Positions 40,309 to 50,440 of a DNA stretch of 64,000 bases are shown piece after piece. The notes under the pieces were generated by a model. It had not been told where the DNA came from and did not search any database. It saw nothing but the letters and a program-made list of their open reading frames with translations. Location: NCBI GenBank assembly GCA_965207225.1, contig CBDBLV010000005.1:448001-512000 (forward strand), read 5' to 3'. Within the stretch, counting starts at the first letter, position 1. Each line of letters opens with the position of its first letter. This stretch comes from Dehalococcoidia bacterium (lineage in GTDB: Bacteria; Chloroflexota; Dehalococcoidia; Plut-88900). The position numbers were made by a program, and so were the translations under genes.

Positions 40309-41097
40309 ATGCCCGACTTCCTCACCCCCGACACCATAGACCTGAACTGGTGGAAGGCCCTCCTCCTCCTGTTCACGGGCGCCGTCGCTGGCTTCATCAA
40401 CACCTTCAGCGGCGGCGGCGCAATGCTCACCGTACCCACTCTCATCCTCATGGGCATGCCCGCCGACTTCGCCAACGCCACCAACAGGATCGGCACCCTC
40501 CAGCAGTCCCTCACCAGCACCGTCGGCTTCGAAAGGGCCGGCAAGCTGGAGAAAAGGGCTGCATTGCCAATGCTCTTCCCTACGGCTTCCGGTGCGGTAA
40601 TTGGCGCATTCGCTGCTACCTGGATTCCCGGAGACGTTTTCAAGCCCGTCATCCTGGGCGTGATGATCGCCTTTGCCCTCATAATGATCCTCCTCCCCGA
40701 AGTCATCATCCCACCAGAAGGCACCCGACCCTACACCCTCCGGGAGCGCCCCCTCGCCCTTGCCATGCTCTTCGGCGCTGGCGTGTATGCCGGCCTCGTG
40801 CAAGCTGCCGTAGGCTTCATCCTCATAGCCGCTCTCGCCGCCGGCCTCCGCTACGACTTCGTCCGGACCAACGCCCTCAAGGTCGTCTGCACCGCCTTCT
40901 TCAGCGTAGCCGCAATCCCCGTGTTTATCGCCGCTGGTCTCGTGGAATGGCTCCCGGCCATACTCATCGCCCTCGGCATGACCGTTGGCGCAATTCTTAG
41001 CGTCAAATTCGCCCTCACGGTCAGTCAGAAGTCCATGAAATGGATCGTCTTTGCAATGGTCTGCCTAACCGCCGGCCCCGCCCTCATCTTTACCTGA
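40309..41097 (+). CDS. Sulfite exporter TauE/SafE family membrane protein
   Basis: AGFINTFSGGGAMLTVP, ANATNR, TNALK. Confidence 0.88.
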   Translation: MPDFLTPDTIDLNWWKALLLLFTGAVAGFINTFSGGGAMLTVPTLILMGMPADFANATNRIGTLQQSLTSTVGFERAGKLEKRAALPMLFPTASGAVIGAFAATWIPGDVFKPVILGVMIAFALIMILLPEVIIPPEGTRPYTLRERPLALAMLFGAGVYAGLVQAAVGFILIAALAAGLRYDFVRTNALKVVCTAFFSVAAIPVFIAAGLVEWLPAILIALGMTVGAILSVKFALTVSQKSMKWIVFAMVCLTAGPALIFT

Positions 41098-41195
41098 CAT
41101 TGCACTACGAATCCTTGACCTCCCGGAATCTCCCACCCTTTGCCCCGATCTGGCGTTACCAAAAGTTAAAGCTGGAGCACATACATCAATTGAAT

Positions 41196-41249
41196 AGTTT
41201 GAAAGGAATTTCAAACTGTTTTGACGCAAGCCCGTCCAAGTCATAGAAT
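41196..41249 (+). promoter_or_regulatory. Palindromic operator plus sigma70 promoter
   Basis: AGTTTGAAA-GGAA-TTTCAAACT (41196-41217), then TTGACG-17 nt-TAGAAT (41221-41249). Confidence 0.6.
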
Positions 41250-41305
41250 TGGTTTACGGAGTCCACTCACTGCATTAAGGCTCCCGTATCTGGAGGACAA
41301 ATAAG

Positions 41306-42136
41306 ATGTCTCGAATCTTCCGACCCAAGAAATCTGGGACGTGGCTGTGGCCCGTGCTTCTCGTTGCCCTCGTGGCCGGGGCCCTCGCCTTTGCCGCCTG
41401 CGGAGGTGAAGATCCCACCCCCACCCCCGAGCCCACCGCCACCCCGGAGCCAACTTCGACTCCCGTCCCCACCCCCACCCCGATGCCCAAGCCCACTGCT
41501 ACCCCCGAACCAGAACCGGAGCCCGAACCCGACTCTTCCATGATGTCCATCACGGACATCGATGAAAACTCCACGGTGGGTGACCTTATAGGCGCCCTCT
41601 CCGAAGAGGAGACCGCCTGCATTACCGCAGCCTTCGGCGAAGTCATCCTCGAGTCTATGAAGGACCAACCCTTGGCCGCAGTCGCCGCCAGCTTCGAGTT
41701 GTTCCCCATCCAATGCCTCTCCGAGGAGAACGCCATCAGCGCCATCGTGACCATGCAGTCCCTCCAGGCCGGCGGCTTCTCCGATGAGAGTATCTCCTGC
41801 CTCGTCGAGACATACGGCGAACACGGCGTCCCCAGCCCGACAGCGGATCAAGTCCAGGCTATGCGCTCCCTCTTTTACGGCCACATGTGCCTCACCGATG
41901 AGGAGGCGTTGGCTCTAACGGGAGACGTTCCGGCAGGCGAAGCCCTCCCCCTCCCATCCCAGCTTCGTTGCGTAGCCGAGCAGACAGATTTGGAGAACCT
42001 CTTCAAGATCCTCGAGGCCTTCGCAATGATGGGCACGGCCACCGAACTCCCCACCCCCGACCCCGAGCTCATGATGGTCACCGCTGAGGTAATGGCCGCC
42101 CAGGAGGCCTGCGGAATCCCGACCTTGGGTCCGTAG
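41306..42136 (+). CDS. Hypothetical acidic lipoprotein
   Basis: GGAGG RBS, lipobox FAACG, PT/PE linker, several spaced Cys residues. Confidence 0.75.
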   Translation: MSRIFRPKKSGTWLWPVLLVALVAGALAFAACGGEDPTPTPEPTATPEPTSTPVPTPTPMPKPTATPEPEPEPEPDSSMMSITDIDENSTVGDLIGALSEEETACITAAFGEVILESMKDQPLAAVAASFELFPIQCLSEENAISAIVTMQSLQAGGFSDESISCLVETYGEHGVPSPTADQVQAMRSLFYGHMCLTDEEALALTGDVPAGEALPLPSQLRCVAEQTDLENLFKILEAFAMMGTATELPTPDPELMMVTAEVMAAQEACGIPTLGP

Positions 42137-42172
42137 CCCGCCGCTCCGCACCCGTAAACAGGACAAAATACT

Positions 42173-42199
42173 TGGGGCCCCGCAATTTGCGGGGCCCCA
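42173..42199. terminator. GC-rich hairpin between convergent genes
   Basis: TGGGGCCCCGCAA-T-TTGCGGGGCCCCA. Confidence 0.65.
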
Positions 42200-42221
42200 T
42201 TCCTTTCCGAACGCTGCTTGC

Positions 42222-45200
42222 TTATACTGTCAGCCGTCGATACAGGTAAGGCAATCGCTTGGGCAGAGTCTCGATCTCCGGCACCACCTCGTATCCCATG
42301 TCCTGGCACATCGTCTTCAGATAGTCGTGGCCGCCCCGGTCCACGGTCAGGCAGAACGGCACTATCTGCTTCGCCCTGGCCTCCTGCAGCGCCTTCTTCG
42401 TGTCGTGGACTGCGTATTCCTTCTCCACCCCCTCCCGACTGTATCCCCGGTCCTGCGGTCGGCCGTCGCTGATAAGGAACAGCACCTTAGTCCTGGACTC
42501 CTGCACCTCCAGCTTGGAAACGCAGTGCCTGATTGCCGGGCCCATCCGTGTGGCGTGCAATGGGCTGATCTTGTCTATCCGGTTCTTCACCCGCTCGGAG
42601 AAGTTCTCTCCCATGTCCTTGATGATGTAGAACTCCACGTTCTCCCGCCCGTACCCCGAGAACCCGTATATCCCATACTGGTCCCCTATCGTCTCCAGCG
42701 CCCGTATCAGCAGGACCGAGCTCTCCTTCTCCACGTCGATGATCCGCTTGTAGGACTTCCGGCTCCCCTCCTCCCGACGCGCCCTTAGCCACGCCAGGTA
42801 CTCCCGGGGATCGTCAGGCGGGCTCCAGTCATCCACCGCTTTTCTGGCGTCGTCTATCGCCTCCGCTGTGGATGCGCTCATGTCCAGCAGGAACGCCACC
42901 GACACGTCCCGCTGCACCTTGTTCCTGCGCCAGTAGATCTTGTCCGTCGGCGAGTTGCCCGTGGCCTTCTCAACCATCGCCTCCACCACCGCGTCGTACT
43001 CGATGTCATCGCCGTCCGGCAGCCGACGCACCTTGCGGAACATCTCCGGCGCCAGCATCTCGAACTGCCGCTTGATCTGTGCCTGCAGCAGGGCGTGCTC
43101 CTGTAGCGTCTTCTCGTAGAACTCTATGTTCCCCTCCTCCATCACCCGCTCTTTGACGCTGCACCAGTTCGGCTTGTAGTCGTTGGCCCGGAAGTCCCAC
43201 TCGTCGTATAGGAACGTCTTGGCGTCGTCGGCCTGCAGGGGCCCGCCCGCCGGCGGTGAAGTGTCGACGTTGTGACCCTGACCCGGCTCCTGTTGGTCCT
43301 GGCCTATCTGTCCCATCAGGTTGTCCACGAACATGCTCGCCGAATTCGTGATCTCCCCCTCCGACACCTGGTCTATCTCGATCTCGACGCTCTTCTCCAG
43401 CAGTTCTTGCAGCATCTCCGGCGATATCTGCTCCCCGGATGCCTCCGACTGTTCGCCCTGCTGCCCCTGTCTCAGTTTCGCAAGCAGCTGCACCAACTCC
43501 GGTTTGAACTCACCCCTGTACCCGACGTCCTGTGTAGCATCGTAGGGCTGCTCTTCCTCCCCTTCTCCACCCTCGCCCATCGCCGATTCCTCTCCGTCCG
43601 CCCCACCCCCGGCCCCATAGGCCGCAGGCATGGACATGTCCACGTTCGAGTCCTCTTGCTCCATCTCGTCCGTGTTGAAGTCTTCCCACTCGTCCTCGGG
43701 CACTTCCCTGTTCATTAGCTGCCTGATGTAGTCGTACAGCCGGATCGTCGCCTCCGCCGCGTCTTCCACCGCTGCCTCCGGGTCTCGCACCTTCATCAGG
43801 ATTCTCACAAGCTCTTCCACCTGCTCCCGGATCTTGATCGGGACCTTCAGCTCTTCCTTCTGGTCCAGGCTGATCCGCATCAGCAGTTCGACAATCGCCT
43901 CCTGCAACGGCAGGGACTGGATGTCGGGCCTCTGGGACAGAGCATCGGCCTGCGTCAGCCGGTACGACTTCCGGATGCCCTTGTATTCGTGCATCACCCG
44001 GGAGTCGAGCCTCGTGTCCTCCGACAACGTGAACAGGTCGTAGGCCAGCTGTCTCTCGGTGAACAGGTCGAAGTACCGTTGTAGGTCAACAGTCGCATGG
44101 GACGCTCCGTTGGCCTCGGTAACCCATTCCTTTCGCATGTTCGGGAAGAACACGGCTTCCTTGTCGAACTCGAACTTGAAGCTCCCGAACTCCAGGTGTG
44201 CAACCTGATGGGTCCCGACTACCTTGTACCACCCGAAGTTCTCATCCTTGGACGGGTACTTTCTCACGAACGGTGGCAGGTACACTGACCGGCCTTCCGT
44301 GGTCGGGTTGTCCCCCGACACCCACCCGATTCCCTTGTCCCGCAGGTCTTCTCCCGTCTGGATCTGCACGTCGATGCCCGTCAGGGCCACGGCGTACATC
44401 CAGAGGATTTCTCTCACCTTGTCCAGCTCCACCCCCGATGAAAGCTCCTCCAAGACCCCCCGCCCCTTCACCGACTCCAGCTTGAAGTATGCTATCCCAC
44501 CCTCTTCGTTCTCCCGCAGTATCCCCATCCCCTCGTCGAACCAGCGTATCAGGTCCGTTCGAGGGATCTTTTGCAGCACCAGCGGGCTTGTCGTCAGGAA
44601 GTCCACCACCGCATACGGCGATTCAGCCAGCAGTGCGCCGGACAGCTTCAGGAGCTCGCCCTGGGTGTCCCCATCCACCTCCCCAAGGGCCTTTGAGGAC
44701 TCCACAAGGAAGTTCTGAATGTGGCTGGCGTCTTTCTTTGCAAACCGGTCTGCCAGGTCCAGGAACCGACCCCTCTGCTCCCGGTCTATTCGACCCAGGA
44801 TCGCCCCCCCCGACTCAAAGCTTGCCTTGGCATCCCGCCAGTTCAACTCGACCATGTTGGAGACCAGCGAAAGGAACCCGCGCCTGTCCTGCTTCTCCAT
44901 GCTTCGGAATACCGGCTCCGCAGACGCCAGGCACTCGTTGGCTAGGTCATACGAACGGCGGGAAAGGGCGTCGAGAAACGTTACAAATCGACGAAATTCG
45001 CCGAGCGTCATATATCGCAACAGGGAGGGTGAGGTCTCGAAGAAACGTGATGACAACGTCCCCGACTTCCACGTCCCCTTGTACAACCCCTTGCCCAGCG
45101 ACACCCAGTCCCCTATCTGGTGGGGTGTTAGGTGCGCCAGCGCCTCGGGGCTGGAGTGAAAATACGTGGTAGACAGCACCGCCGACTCTTTCGCCAGCAC

Positions 45201-45470
45201 CTTCCCCCATCGTGCCCACTCCATGAAGTTCGGGAACGGCAGCTTGGCCAGCACCTGCGGCGTTACCCTGAAATACTCCGCCCCCGCCTCCCAGGACCTG
45301 AAAGAGTGCTTGGCAATCGATATGCCCTCGGTAGCCCAGGACCTGAAGTCTTCCTCCCGAAGTATCCCTGCCAGCAGCCTCGCCGAGGTCCTGTACTGGC
45401 TCACTACCGCCGGAGGAAAGCTCGTAAGCTCTGTCTCGTACCCGTCCTGGACCTTTTTACTTATCGCCAT
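42222..45470 (-). CDS. Large CbbO/NorD-family VWA-domain adaptor protein
   Basis: C-terminal MIDAS DMSAS, TRMGPAIRH, ISDGRPQD; YDEWDFR..Y..WC motif; acidic linker; N-terminal helical repeats. Confidence 0.88.
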   Translation of the reverse strand: MAISKKVQDGYETELTSFPPAVVSQYRTSARLLAGILREEDFRSWATEGISIAKHSFRSWEAGAEYFRVTPQVLAKLPFPNFMEWARWGKVLAKESAVLSTTYFHSSPEALAHLTPHQIGDWVSLGKGLYKGTWKSGTLSSRFFETSPSLLRYMTLGEFRRFVTFLDALSRRSYDLANECLASAEPVFRSMEKQDRRGFLSLVSNMVELNWRDAKASFESGGAILGRIDREQRGRFLDLADRFAKKDASHIQNFLVESSKALGEVDGDTQGELLKLSGALLAESPYAVVDFLTTSPLVLQKIPRTDLIRWFDEGMGILRENEEGGIAYFKLESVKGRGVLEELSSGVELDKVREILWMYAVALTGIDVQIQTGEDLRDKGIGWVSGDNPTTEGRSVYLPPFVRKYPSKDENFGWYKVVGTHQVAHLEFGSFKFEFDKEAVFFPNMRKEWVTEANGASHATVDLQRYFDLFTERQLAYDLFTLSEDTRLDSRVMHEYKGIRKSYRLTQADALSQRPDIQSLPLQEAIVELLMRISLDQKEELKVPIKIREQVEELVRILMKVRDPEAAVEDAAEATIRLYDYIRQLMNREVPEDEWEDFNTDEMEQEDSNVDMSMPAAYGAGGGADGEESAMGEGGEGEEEQPYDATQDVGYRGEFKPELVQLLAKLRQGQQGEQSEASGEQISPEMLQELLEKSVEIEIDQVSEGEITNSASMFVDNLMGQIGQDQQEPGQGHNVDTSPPAGGPLQADDAKTFLYDEWDFRANDYKPNWCSVKERVMEEGNIEFYEKTLQEHALLQAQIKRQFEMLAPEMFRKVRRLPDGDDIEYDAVVEAMVEKATGNSPTDKIYWRRNKVQRDVSVAFLLDMSASTAEAIDDARKAVDDWSPPDDPREYLAWLRARREEGSRKSYKRIIDVEKESSVLLIRALETIGDQYGIYGFSGYGRENVEFYIIKDMGENFSERVKNRIDKISPLHATRMGPAIRHCVSKLEVQESRTKVLFLISDGRPQDRGYSREGVEKEYAVHDTKKALQEARAKQIVPFCLTVDRGGHDYLKTMCQDMGYEVVPEIETLPKRLPYLYRRLTV

Positions 45471-45474
45471 GTCG

Positions 45475-46077
45475 TTAGCTTATCAGAGTTAGGAACTGCG
45501 TGAGCATCCGGGCCGTGGCGCCCCATATCACGTGTCCCTCGAATTTATAGGCCCTGTCCTGGTAGACGCCCCCGTCGTGCTCTACCCTGACGGTCGTATG
45601 GTTCTCCGGCGATAGAAGGTGCTCGATGGGAGTCTCAAGCACCTCCGCCACTTCAATCTCGCTGGGATTGTACTCATACGGGTAGGGAAAAACCCCGACA
45701 AACGGCGAGACCACGAAACCGCTGTGAGTCCCGTAGTCGTCCAACTCCCCCAGCACCGTCACATCCTCCTGCCTGATGCCCATCTCCTCCCACGTCTCCC
45801 TCAAGGCCGTCGTCTCTAGGTCCGGGTCGTCCTCATCCATCATCCCGCCCGGAAACGAGATTTCTCCCTTGTGGTGCTCAACCTTGTGAGTCCTTACGTT
45901 GAAGATTGTATGGAACCGCCCGTCCTTCTCCATCAGCAGGATCATAACTGCCGCCGGCGCCCGACCCTCCGCTGCCACCCGCGTCTTCTCCCTGTTTGAA
46001 AGAAGCCGTGCGACCTCTTGGGGAAAAGTGGTGGTACGCGTGTCCAGCATCGTCAGAGGGGTGTCGCCAGTGCTCAA
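45475..46077 (-). CDS. Nudix hydrolase, CoA pyrophosphatase (NudL-like)
   Basis: AAVMI, HKGEISFPGG..D..TALRETWEEMG, IWGATA. Confidence 0.92.
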   Translation of the reverse strand: MSTGDTPLTMLDTRTTTFPQEVARLLSNREKTRVAAEGRAPAAVMILLMEKDGRFHTIFNVRTHKVEHHKGEISFPGGMMDEDDPDLETTALRETWEEMGIRQEDVTVLGELDDYGTHSGFVVSPFVGVFPYPYEYNPSEIEVAEVLETPIEHLLSPENHTTVRVEHDGGVYQDRAYKFEGHVIWGATARMLTQFLTLIS

Positions 46078-46980
46078 TTACTCGAATATGCTGAACACCA
46101 CTTCTTCCACGCTGCGCTGGACCTCAGTGTCGTCCGACAGGGCCCAGACCACCGCTACCTGGCAAGCCCGGCGAGCTGGAATCCCCTTCTTGATCAACCT
46201 TCCTGCGTAGATTAGAAGTCGGGTGCTGGCCCCCTCCTGGAGCCCGTGCTCCCGCAGGTTCCTCACCTTCTCCCCCAGCTTCGCCAGGTCCTTTGCCGCC
46301 TCAATCGAGCAGCCGCTTTCGTGCGCTATGACCTCCTGCTCCACGTCCTTCGGCGGGTAGTCGAACTCTATAGCAACGAACCGTTGACGGGTGCTGTGCT
46401 TAAGGTCCTTCAGCGCACTCTGGTACCCCGGGTTGTAGGAAATTACCAGCAGGAAGTTGTCTGCCGCCTCTAGCAGTTCGCCTCGCTTCTCTACGGGCAG
46501 GATTCGCCGGTGGTCGGTCAGCGGGTGAATCAGGACCGTCGTGTCCTTCCGGGCCTCGACCACCTCGTCCAGGTAGCAGATGCCCCCGGCCTTCACCGCC
46601 CGGCTCAGCGGCCCGTCCACCCACACCGTTCTGTCTCCCTCCAGCAGGTACCTGCCGACCAGGTCACTGGCCGTCAGGTCCTCGTGGCAGGCCACCGTGA
46701 CCAGGGGGAGGCTGGTGGTCCCGTTGCTCTGGGCGCCCTGCGTGTCCTTGGACTTGACCACCGTCAACGGCTCCCCGAGCTTGTACGCCATGTACTCCAC
46801 GAAACGGGTCTTCCCGCAGCCCGTCGGCCCTTTGAACAGCAGGGGAATCCTCTCCTCGTAGGCGGCGTGGAAGATTTCGACTTCATCCGCCACGGGCAGG
46901 TAGAACGGCTCCTCCCGGAGCACGTACTCCTCTATCAGGTATCCCCGGTATTCCTCTTTGGTCACGCTGGTGGAGGTCAT
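46078..46980 (-). CDS. CbbQ/NirQ/NorQ-family AAA+ ATPase
   Basis: [59 protein letters not shown]. Confidence 0.93.
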   Translation of the reverse strand: MTSTSVTKEEYRGYLIEEYVLREEPFYLPVADEVEIFHAAYEERIPLLFKGPTGCGKTRFVEYMAYKLGEPLTVVKSKDTQGAQSNGTTSLPLVTVACHEDLTASDLVGRYLLEGDRTVWVDGPLSRAVKAGGICYLDEVVEARKDTTVLIHPLTDHRRILPVEKRGELLEAADNFLLVISYNPGYQSALKDLKHSTRQRFVAIEFDYPPKDVEQEVIAHESGCSIEAAKDLAKLGEKVRNLREHGLQEGASTRLLIYAGRLIKKGIPARRACQVAVVWALSDDTEVQRSVEEVVFSIFE

Positions 46981-46987
46981 TCCAACC

Positions 46988-47590
46988 CTACTTTCTGGTC
47001 CCTACTCTACTGTTCCAGATTTCTTCTATTTGCGCTTTAAGTTCATCCTGCCCCGAGTCATTGTGGATTACAACATCCGCCCGCTTTATCCGCTCCTCAG
47101 CAGACATCTGGGAGTTGATACGGTCCCTTGCCTGCTCTTCCGTCAACCCCCGGGACTCCGCCAATCTCTCAATCATGCTCGATTCAGGGGATACGGTCAC
47201 CCACACCTCGTCAGTCAGGGAGTCCCATTTGGCCTCTAACAGCACCGCCGCCTCCACCACCATCACCCCCGTCCCCTGGGCCTTCTGCTCCTCGATCCTC
47301 TCCGCCACGATGTCTGCCATGCGGGGCCACATGATGTCGGTCAGCTTCTTCATGTTCGCCGGGTCGCTGAACACTATCGCACCCAGCTTTCCCCGGTTGA
47401 TCTGCCTGTCCTCCCCTACAATCTCGCGACCGAACGTCGATACAACCTCGTTGTACGTGGGGGTGTCCGGGAGATAGGCCTCATGCCCGACCCGGTCTGC
47501 GTCCAGCACCTCCGCCCCCAGCTCCTTTAGCATCGCCGATACCGTGGTCTTGCCCGTAGCTATGCCGCCCGTCAGCCCTATCACTAGCAC
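46988..47590 (-). CDS. coaE: Dephospho-CoA kinase
   Basis: [31 protein letters not shown]. Confidence 0.96.
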   Translation of the reverse strand: MLVIGLTGGIATGKTTVSAMLKELGAEVLDADRVGHEAYLPDTPTYNEVVSTFGREIVGEDRQINRGKLGAIVFSDPANMKKLTDIMWPRMADIVAERIEEQKAQGTGVMVVEAAVLLEAKWDSLTDEVWVTVSPESSMIERLAESRGLTEEQARDRINSQMSAEERIKRADVVIHNDSGQDELKAQIEEIWNSRVGTRK

Positions 47591-47727
47591 GTCAATTGTC
47601 CTGAGGGCCGGAGGGCGCGTTGCATTGGGATATGGCGCATTCGTTCAATCGCTCACAAAGGGTGGAGGTCATTCTAGCAACCGCCAATTTGGCGGTCAAG
47701 AAAACCGGCCTCTTCCCTCTTCGGGCC

Positions 47728-48027
47728 TTAACCCTCCTCTGACAGGTCGGTGCAGACCCGAACCAGCGACGGGCGACTCAGCAGCGGCGCTATGTTGTCC
47801 TCCAGCATCCGCCTCTCTTCGCTCGACTCCCACCTCTTCCAGTCCTCTATGTCTCTCCAAATGCTGATGACAACCAGTGCCGTGTTGTCTTCTATGTCGA
47901 TCAGGCTCTCACCCGAGATATATCCCGGTTGCCGTATCGCCGCCGCCCGAAGCTCCGTGGCAATTGCCAGGACGTGGTGTGCCTGGTGTGGCGCCGTATG
48001 CCGCTCGATCAAGACTTTCGCTTGCAT
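47728..48027 (-). CDS. ABM-fold protein
   Basis: QPGYISGESL..VVISIW..WKRWESSEER. Confidence 0.8.
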   Translation of the reverse strand: MQAKVLIERHTAPHQAHHVLAIATELRAAAIRQPGYISGESLIDIEDNTALVVISIWRDIEDWKRWESSEERRMLEDNIAPLLSRPSLVRVCTDLSEEG

Positions 48028-48079
48028 TTGCCGCTCCTCCCCTTTTCTTCGTATTTTCCGCCCTTCCACCGACTCCCCG

Positions 48080-49255
48080 CTACTCGAATGGTATCTCTAC
48101 CAGGTCCACCGGCTCCAGGGTCAACTGCTCGGACCCGTCCGCCGTTATCACGTGGACATCCTCCCACAGTAAGTTTAGCCCGACTTCCGGCTCGGTGCTT
48201 ATGATCATACCTTCTTCCAGCACCGTCTGGTCGTCGGGGCTCACCGAGGGCGGTTCCGTCAATTGGATCCCCTGCCCGTGTCCCATCCGCCCCACCGGTG
48301 CCACCTCGAACCCCGACTCCTCGATTACCTCCGCCCCGATTTCGTGCAGCTCGGCGCACGTCAACCCGGGACGCAGGGCCTCCGTCATCCGCCGGTTTGC
48401 TTCCAGCAATACACTGTGCCCTCTTATCTGCTCGGAGCTGGCTGGCCCCAACGTCGCGAATCGGGCATAGTCGATTGTGTAGTTCCTTACGTACGCGCCT
48501 GCGTCAATGTAAAGGAGCCCTCCTCGTTTCAGGGGTCTGTCCAGGTGAAACTGGGTCTGGCTCACCGGCAAGTCTGCCGTCAAATGAACGAAGGAGGTCC
48601 GGTCCCCGCCCTCTTCCAGTATCAGCGCCCTGAGTCTACGAACTACGTCCCGCTCCGTCATCCCCGGCACGACCTCACGGAACAACCTCTGCCTCGCCCG
48701 ACCCGTGATCGCCGCCGCCTGCCTCATGTACTCCACTTCTTCCGGCGTCTTCACCATCCTCAGCTTCACGAAGATGTCTGCCGCATCCTCGAAGCTCACC
48801 TCCGGCACACTCCCGACCAGTTGCAGGTAGTCCCCCACCGGGACCCCCATCCTCTGCTCCATCCCCAGCTCCACCCCGACCCGCTTCACCCTCGGCCCCA
48901 GCCCCCTGATTGCGTCCTCCACCATGTTCACCGGGAAGGAAAGCACGTCTGTATAGCCTCGGCCATCGCTGATATATGTCGACATGTGGATCGTATCCAC
49001 AATCATCGCCCCGACTATCGCTACCGGCTCCCCGACGAGCGGAAACACCAGCACCGCGGGCCTCGTGCTCGAATAGTGCAGCGCGAGCGATCCCGTGGCC
49101 CCCGTGAAATACTGGAAGTTCTCTTCGTTCGTCACCAGCAGGGCATCCAGCCCCTTGGCAGCCATCATCTCCCGCGCCCGGCTGTGCCGCCTCTCGATGT
49201 CCTCTTTCGAAAACGCCGCCCAAACCCCGAGGTCTGCTATTTGTTCGCTAGCCAT
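48080..49255 (-). CDS. M24 (Xaa-Pro peptidase / creatinase-like) hydrolase
   Basis: NFQYFTG, LRMVKTPEE, D..D, GHG.G, EP and ED metal ligands. Confidence 0.88.
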   Translation of the reverse strand: MASEQIADLGVWAAFSKEDIERRHSRAREMMAAKGLDALLVTNEENFQYFTGATGSLALHYSSTRPAVLVFPLVGEPVAIVGAMIVDTIHMSTYISDGRGYTDVLSFPVNMVEDAIRGLGPRVKRVGVELGMEQRMGVPVGDYLQLVGSVPEVSFEDAADIFVKLRMVKTPEEVEYMRQAAAITGRARQRLFREVVPGMTERDVVRRLRALILEEGGDRTSFVHLTADLPVSQTQFHLDRPLKRGGLLYIDAGAYVRNYTIDYARFATLGPASSEQIRGHSVLLEANRRMTEALRPGLTCAELHEIGAEVIEESGFEVAPVGRMGHGQGIQLTEPPSVSPDDQTVLEEGMIISTEPEVGLNLLWEDVHVITADGSEQLTLEPVDLVEIPFE

Positions 49256-49282
49256 TCTTGCTCCTGTTGCTGCGGATCTGCA

Positions 49283-50383
49283 TTAGTTTAAGCCGTACAA
49301 CCTCGCGCAGTTGTCCCACAGGATCGCCTTCCTTGCCTTATCCGAAAGCGGCATCGAAAGGAACCCCTCTATGGCATGGGGGAACTTCGAGTCGTTGTGA
49401 GGATAGTCCGTCGAGAACACCACGTTTTGCGTCAAGTCCCAGTCCTCGATGATCGTCGCCGGTGACTCGTCCGCCTCTATAGAGACATAGCACTGCCGCC
49501 TAAATGCCTCAGAGGGCTTCAGCTTCATCTCTGGGCTCTCGTACTTCCCCGAAAGCTCGTAGTGCTCGTCCAGCCGCCACAACAGCCACGGCGTCCACGC
49601 CGAGTTGCCCTCCAGAAAAGCCACCTGCATCTTCGGAAACCGCTCCAGCACCCCGCTCCCGCACATCGACACCACTCCCAGCATCATCTCCATAGGATGG
49701 CAGCAGGTGTGGTGCATCATGTACGTATCGAAGCCCTTGCCCACCTGGTTCATCGCCGCCGTTGCCCCTTCGTGAAACCCGACCGGCACCCCCAGCCCTT
49801 CCAGCGTCTCCCAAAGCGGGTAATAGTGAGGGTCATACCAGTTCCGACCCTCCACCACGTTCGGCCGCATGAACACCGACCTGAATCCCATCTCCTCCAC
49901 AACCGACTCCGCCTCCCTGCTCGCCGACTCCACGTCAAAGGGACTTACCATCCCCGCTCCTATCATCCGCCCTGGATCCGCGCTGCAGAAGTCCGACAGC
50001 CACAGGTTGTACGCCCGGGCCACGGCCACGCTCAGCTCTGGGTTCATGCTGTCCAGGGCCAGCGCGAACAACCCTCGGCTCGGGAACAGGATCGCCACGT
50101 CGATTCCCTCGGCGTCCATAGCCCGCAGCTGCGACCCTGAGTCGAAGTTGTTGGCGTATCCGTCCGCGTAGACTCCCGCCTGTTCGTCCGCCCTGCTCTT
50201 CCCCCACCCCGAGGGCGGGTCCGGCATGACTCTGCCCTCCACCTCTATCTGCATGTCCCCCGGCCACCTCGATGCCCCCTGGGGCCTCCGCTCACTGAAT
50301 GCCGGGTCGATATACCGGTCCCATAAGTCTGCAGGCTCTATCACATGCATATCCGAGTCCATGACCCGGAATCCGTTTTTCAT
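49283..50383 (-). CDS. Amidohydrolase_2 family enzyme
   Basis: DSDMHVIEP, MDAEGID, AYNLWL, FSTDYPH. Confidence 0.9.
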   Translation of the reverse strand: MKNGFRVMDSDMHVIEPADLWDRYIDPAFSERRPQGASRWPGDMQIEVEGRVMPDPPSGWGKSRADEQAGVYADGYANNFDSGSQLRAMDAEGIDVAILFPSRGLFALALDSMNPELSVAVARAYNLWLSDFCSADPGRMIGAGMVSPFDVESASREAESVVEEMGFRSVFMRPNVVEGRNWYDPHYYPLWETLEGLGVPVGFHEGATAAMNQVGKGFDTYMMHHTCCHPMEMMLGVVSMCGSGVLERFPKMQVAFLEGNSAWTPWLLWRLDEHYELSGKYESPEMKLKPSEAFRRQCYVSIEADESPATIIEDWDLTQNVVFSTDYPHNDSKFPHAIEGFLSMPLSDKARKAILWDNCARLYGLN

Positions 50384-50440
50384 GTTCTTGTCCCCCTGGT
50401 AACGGGAAGGGCAGCTTGGACAGCTAGGATAGGACGAAGC

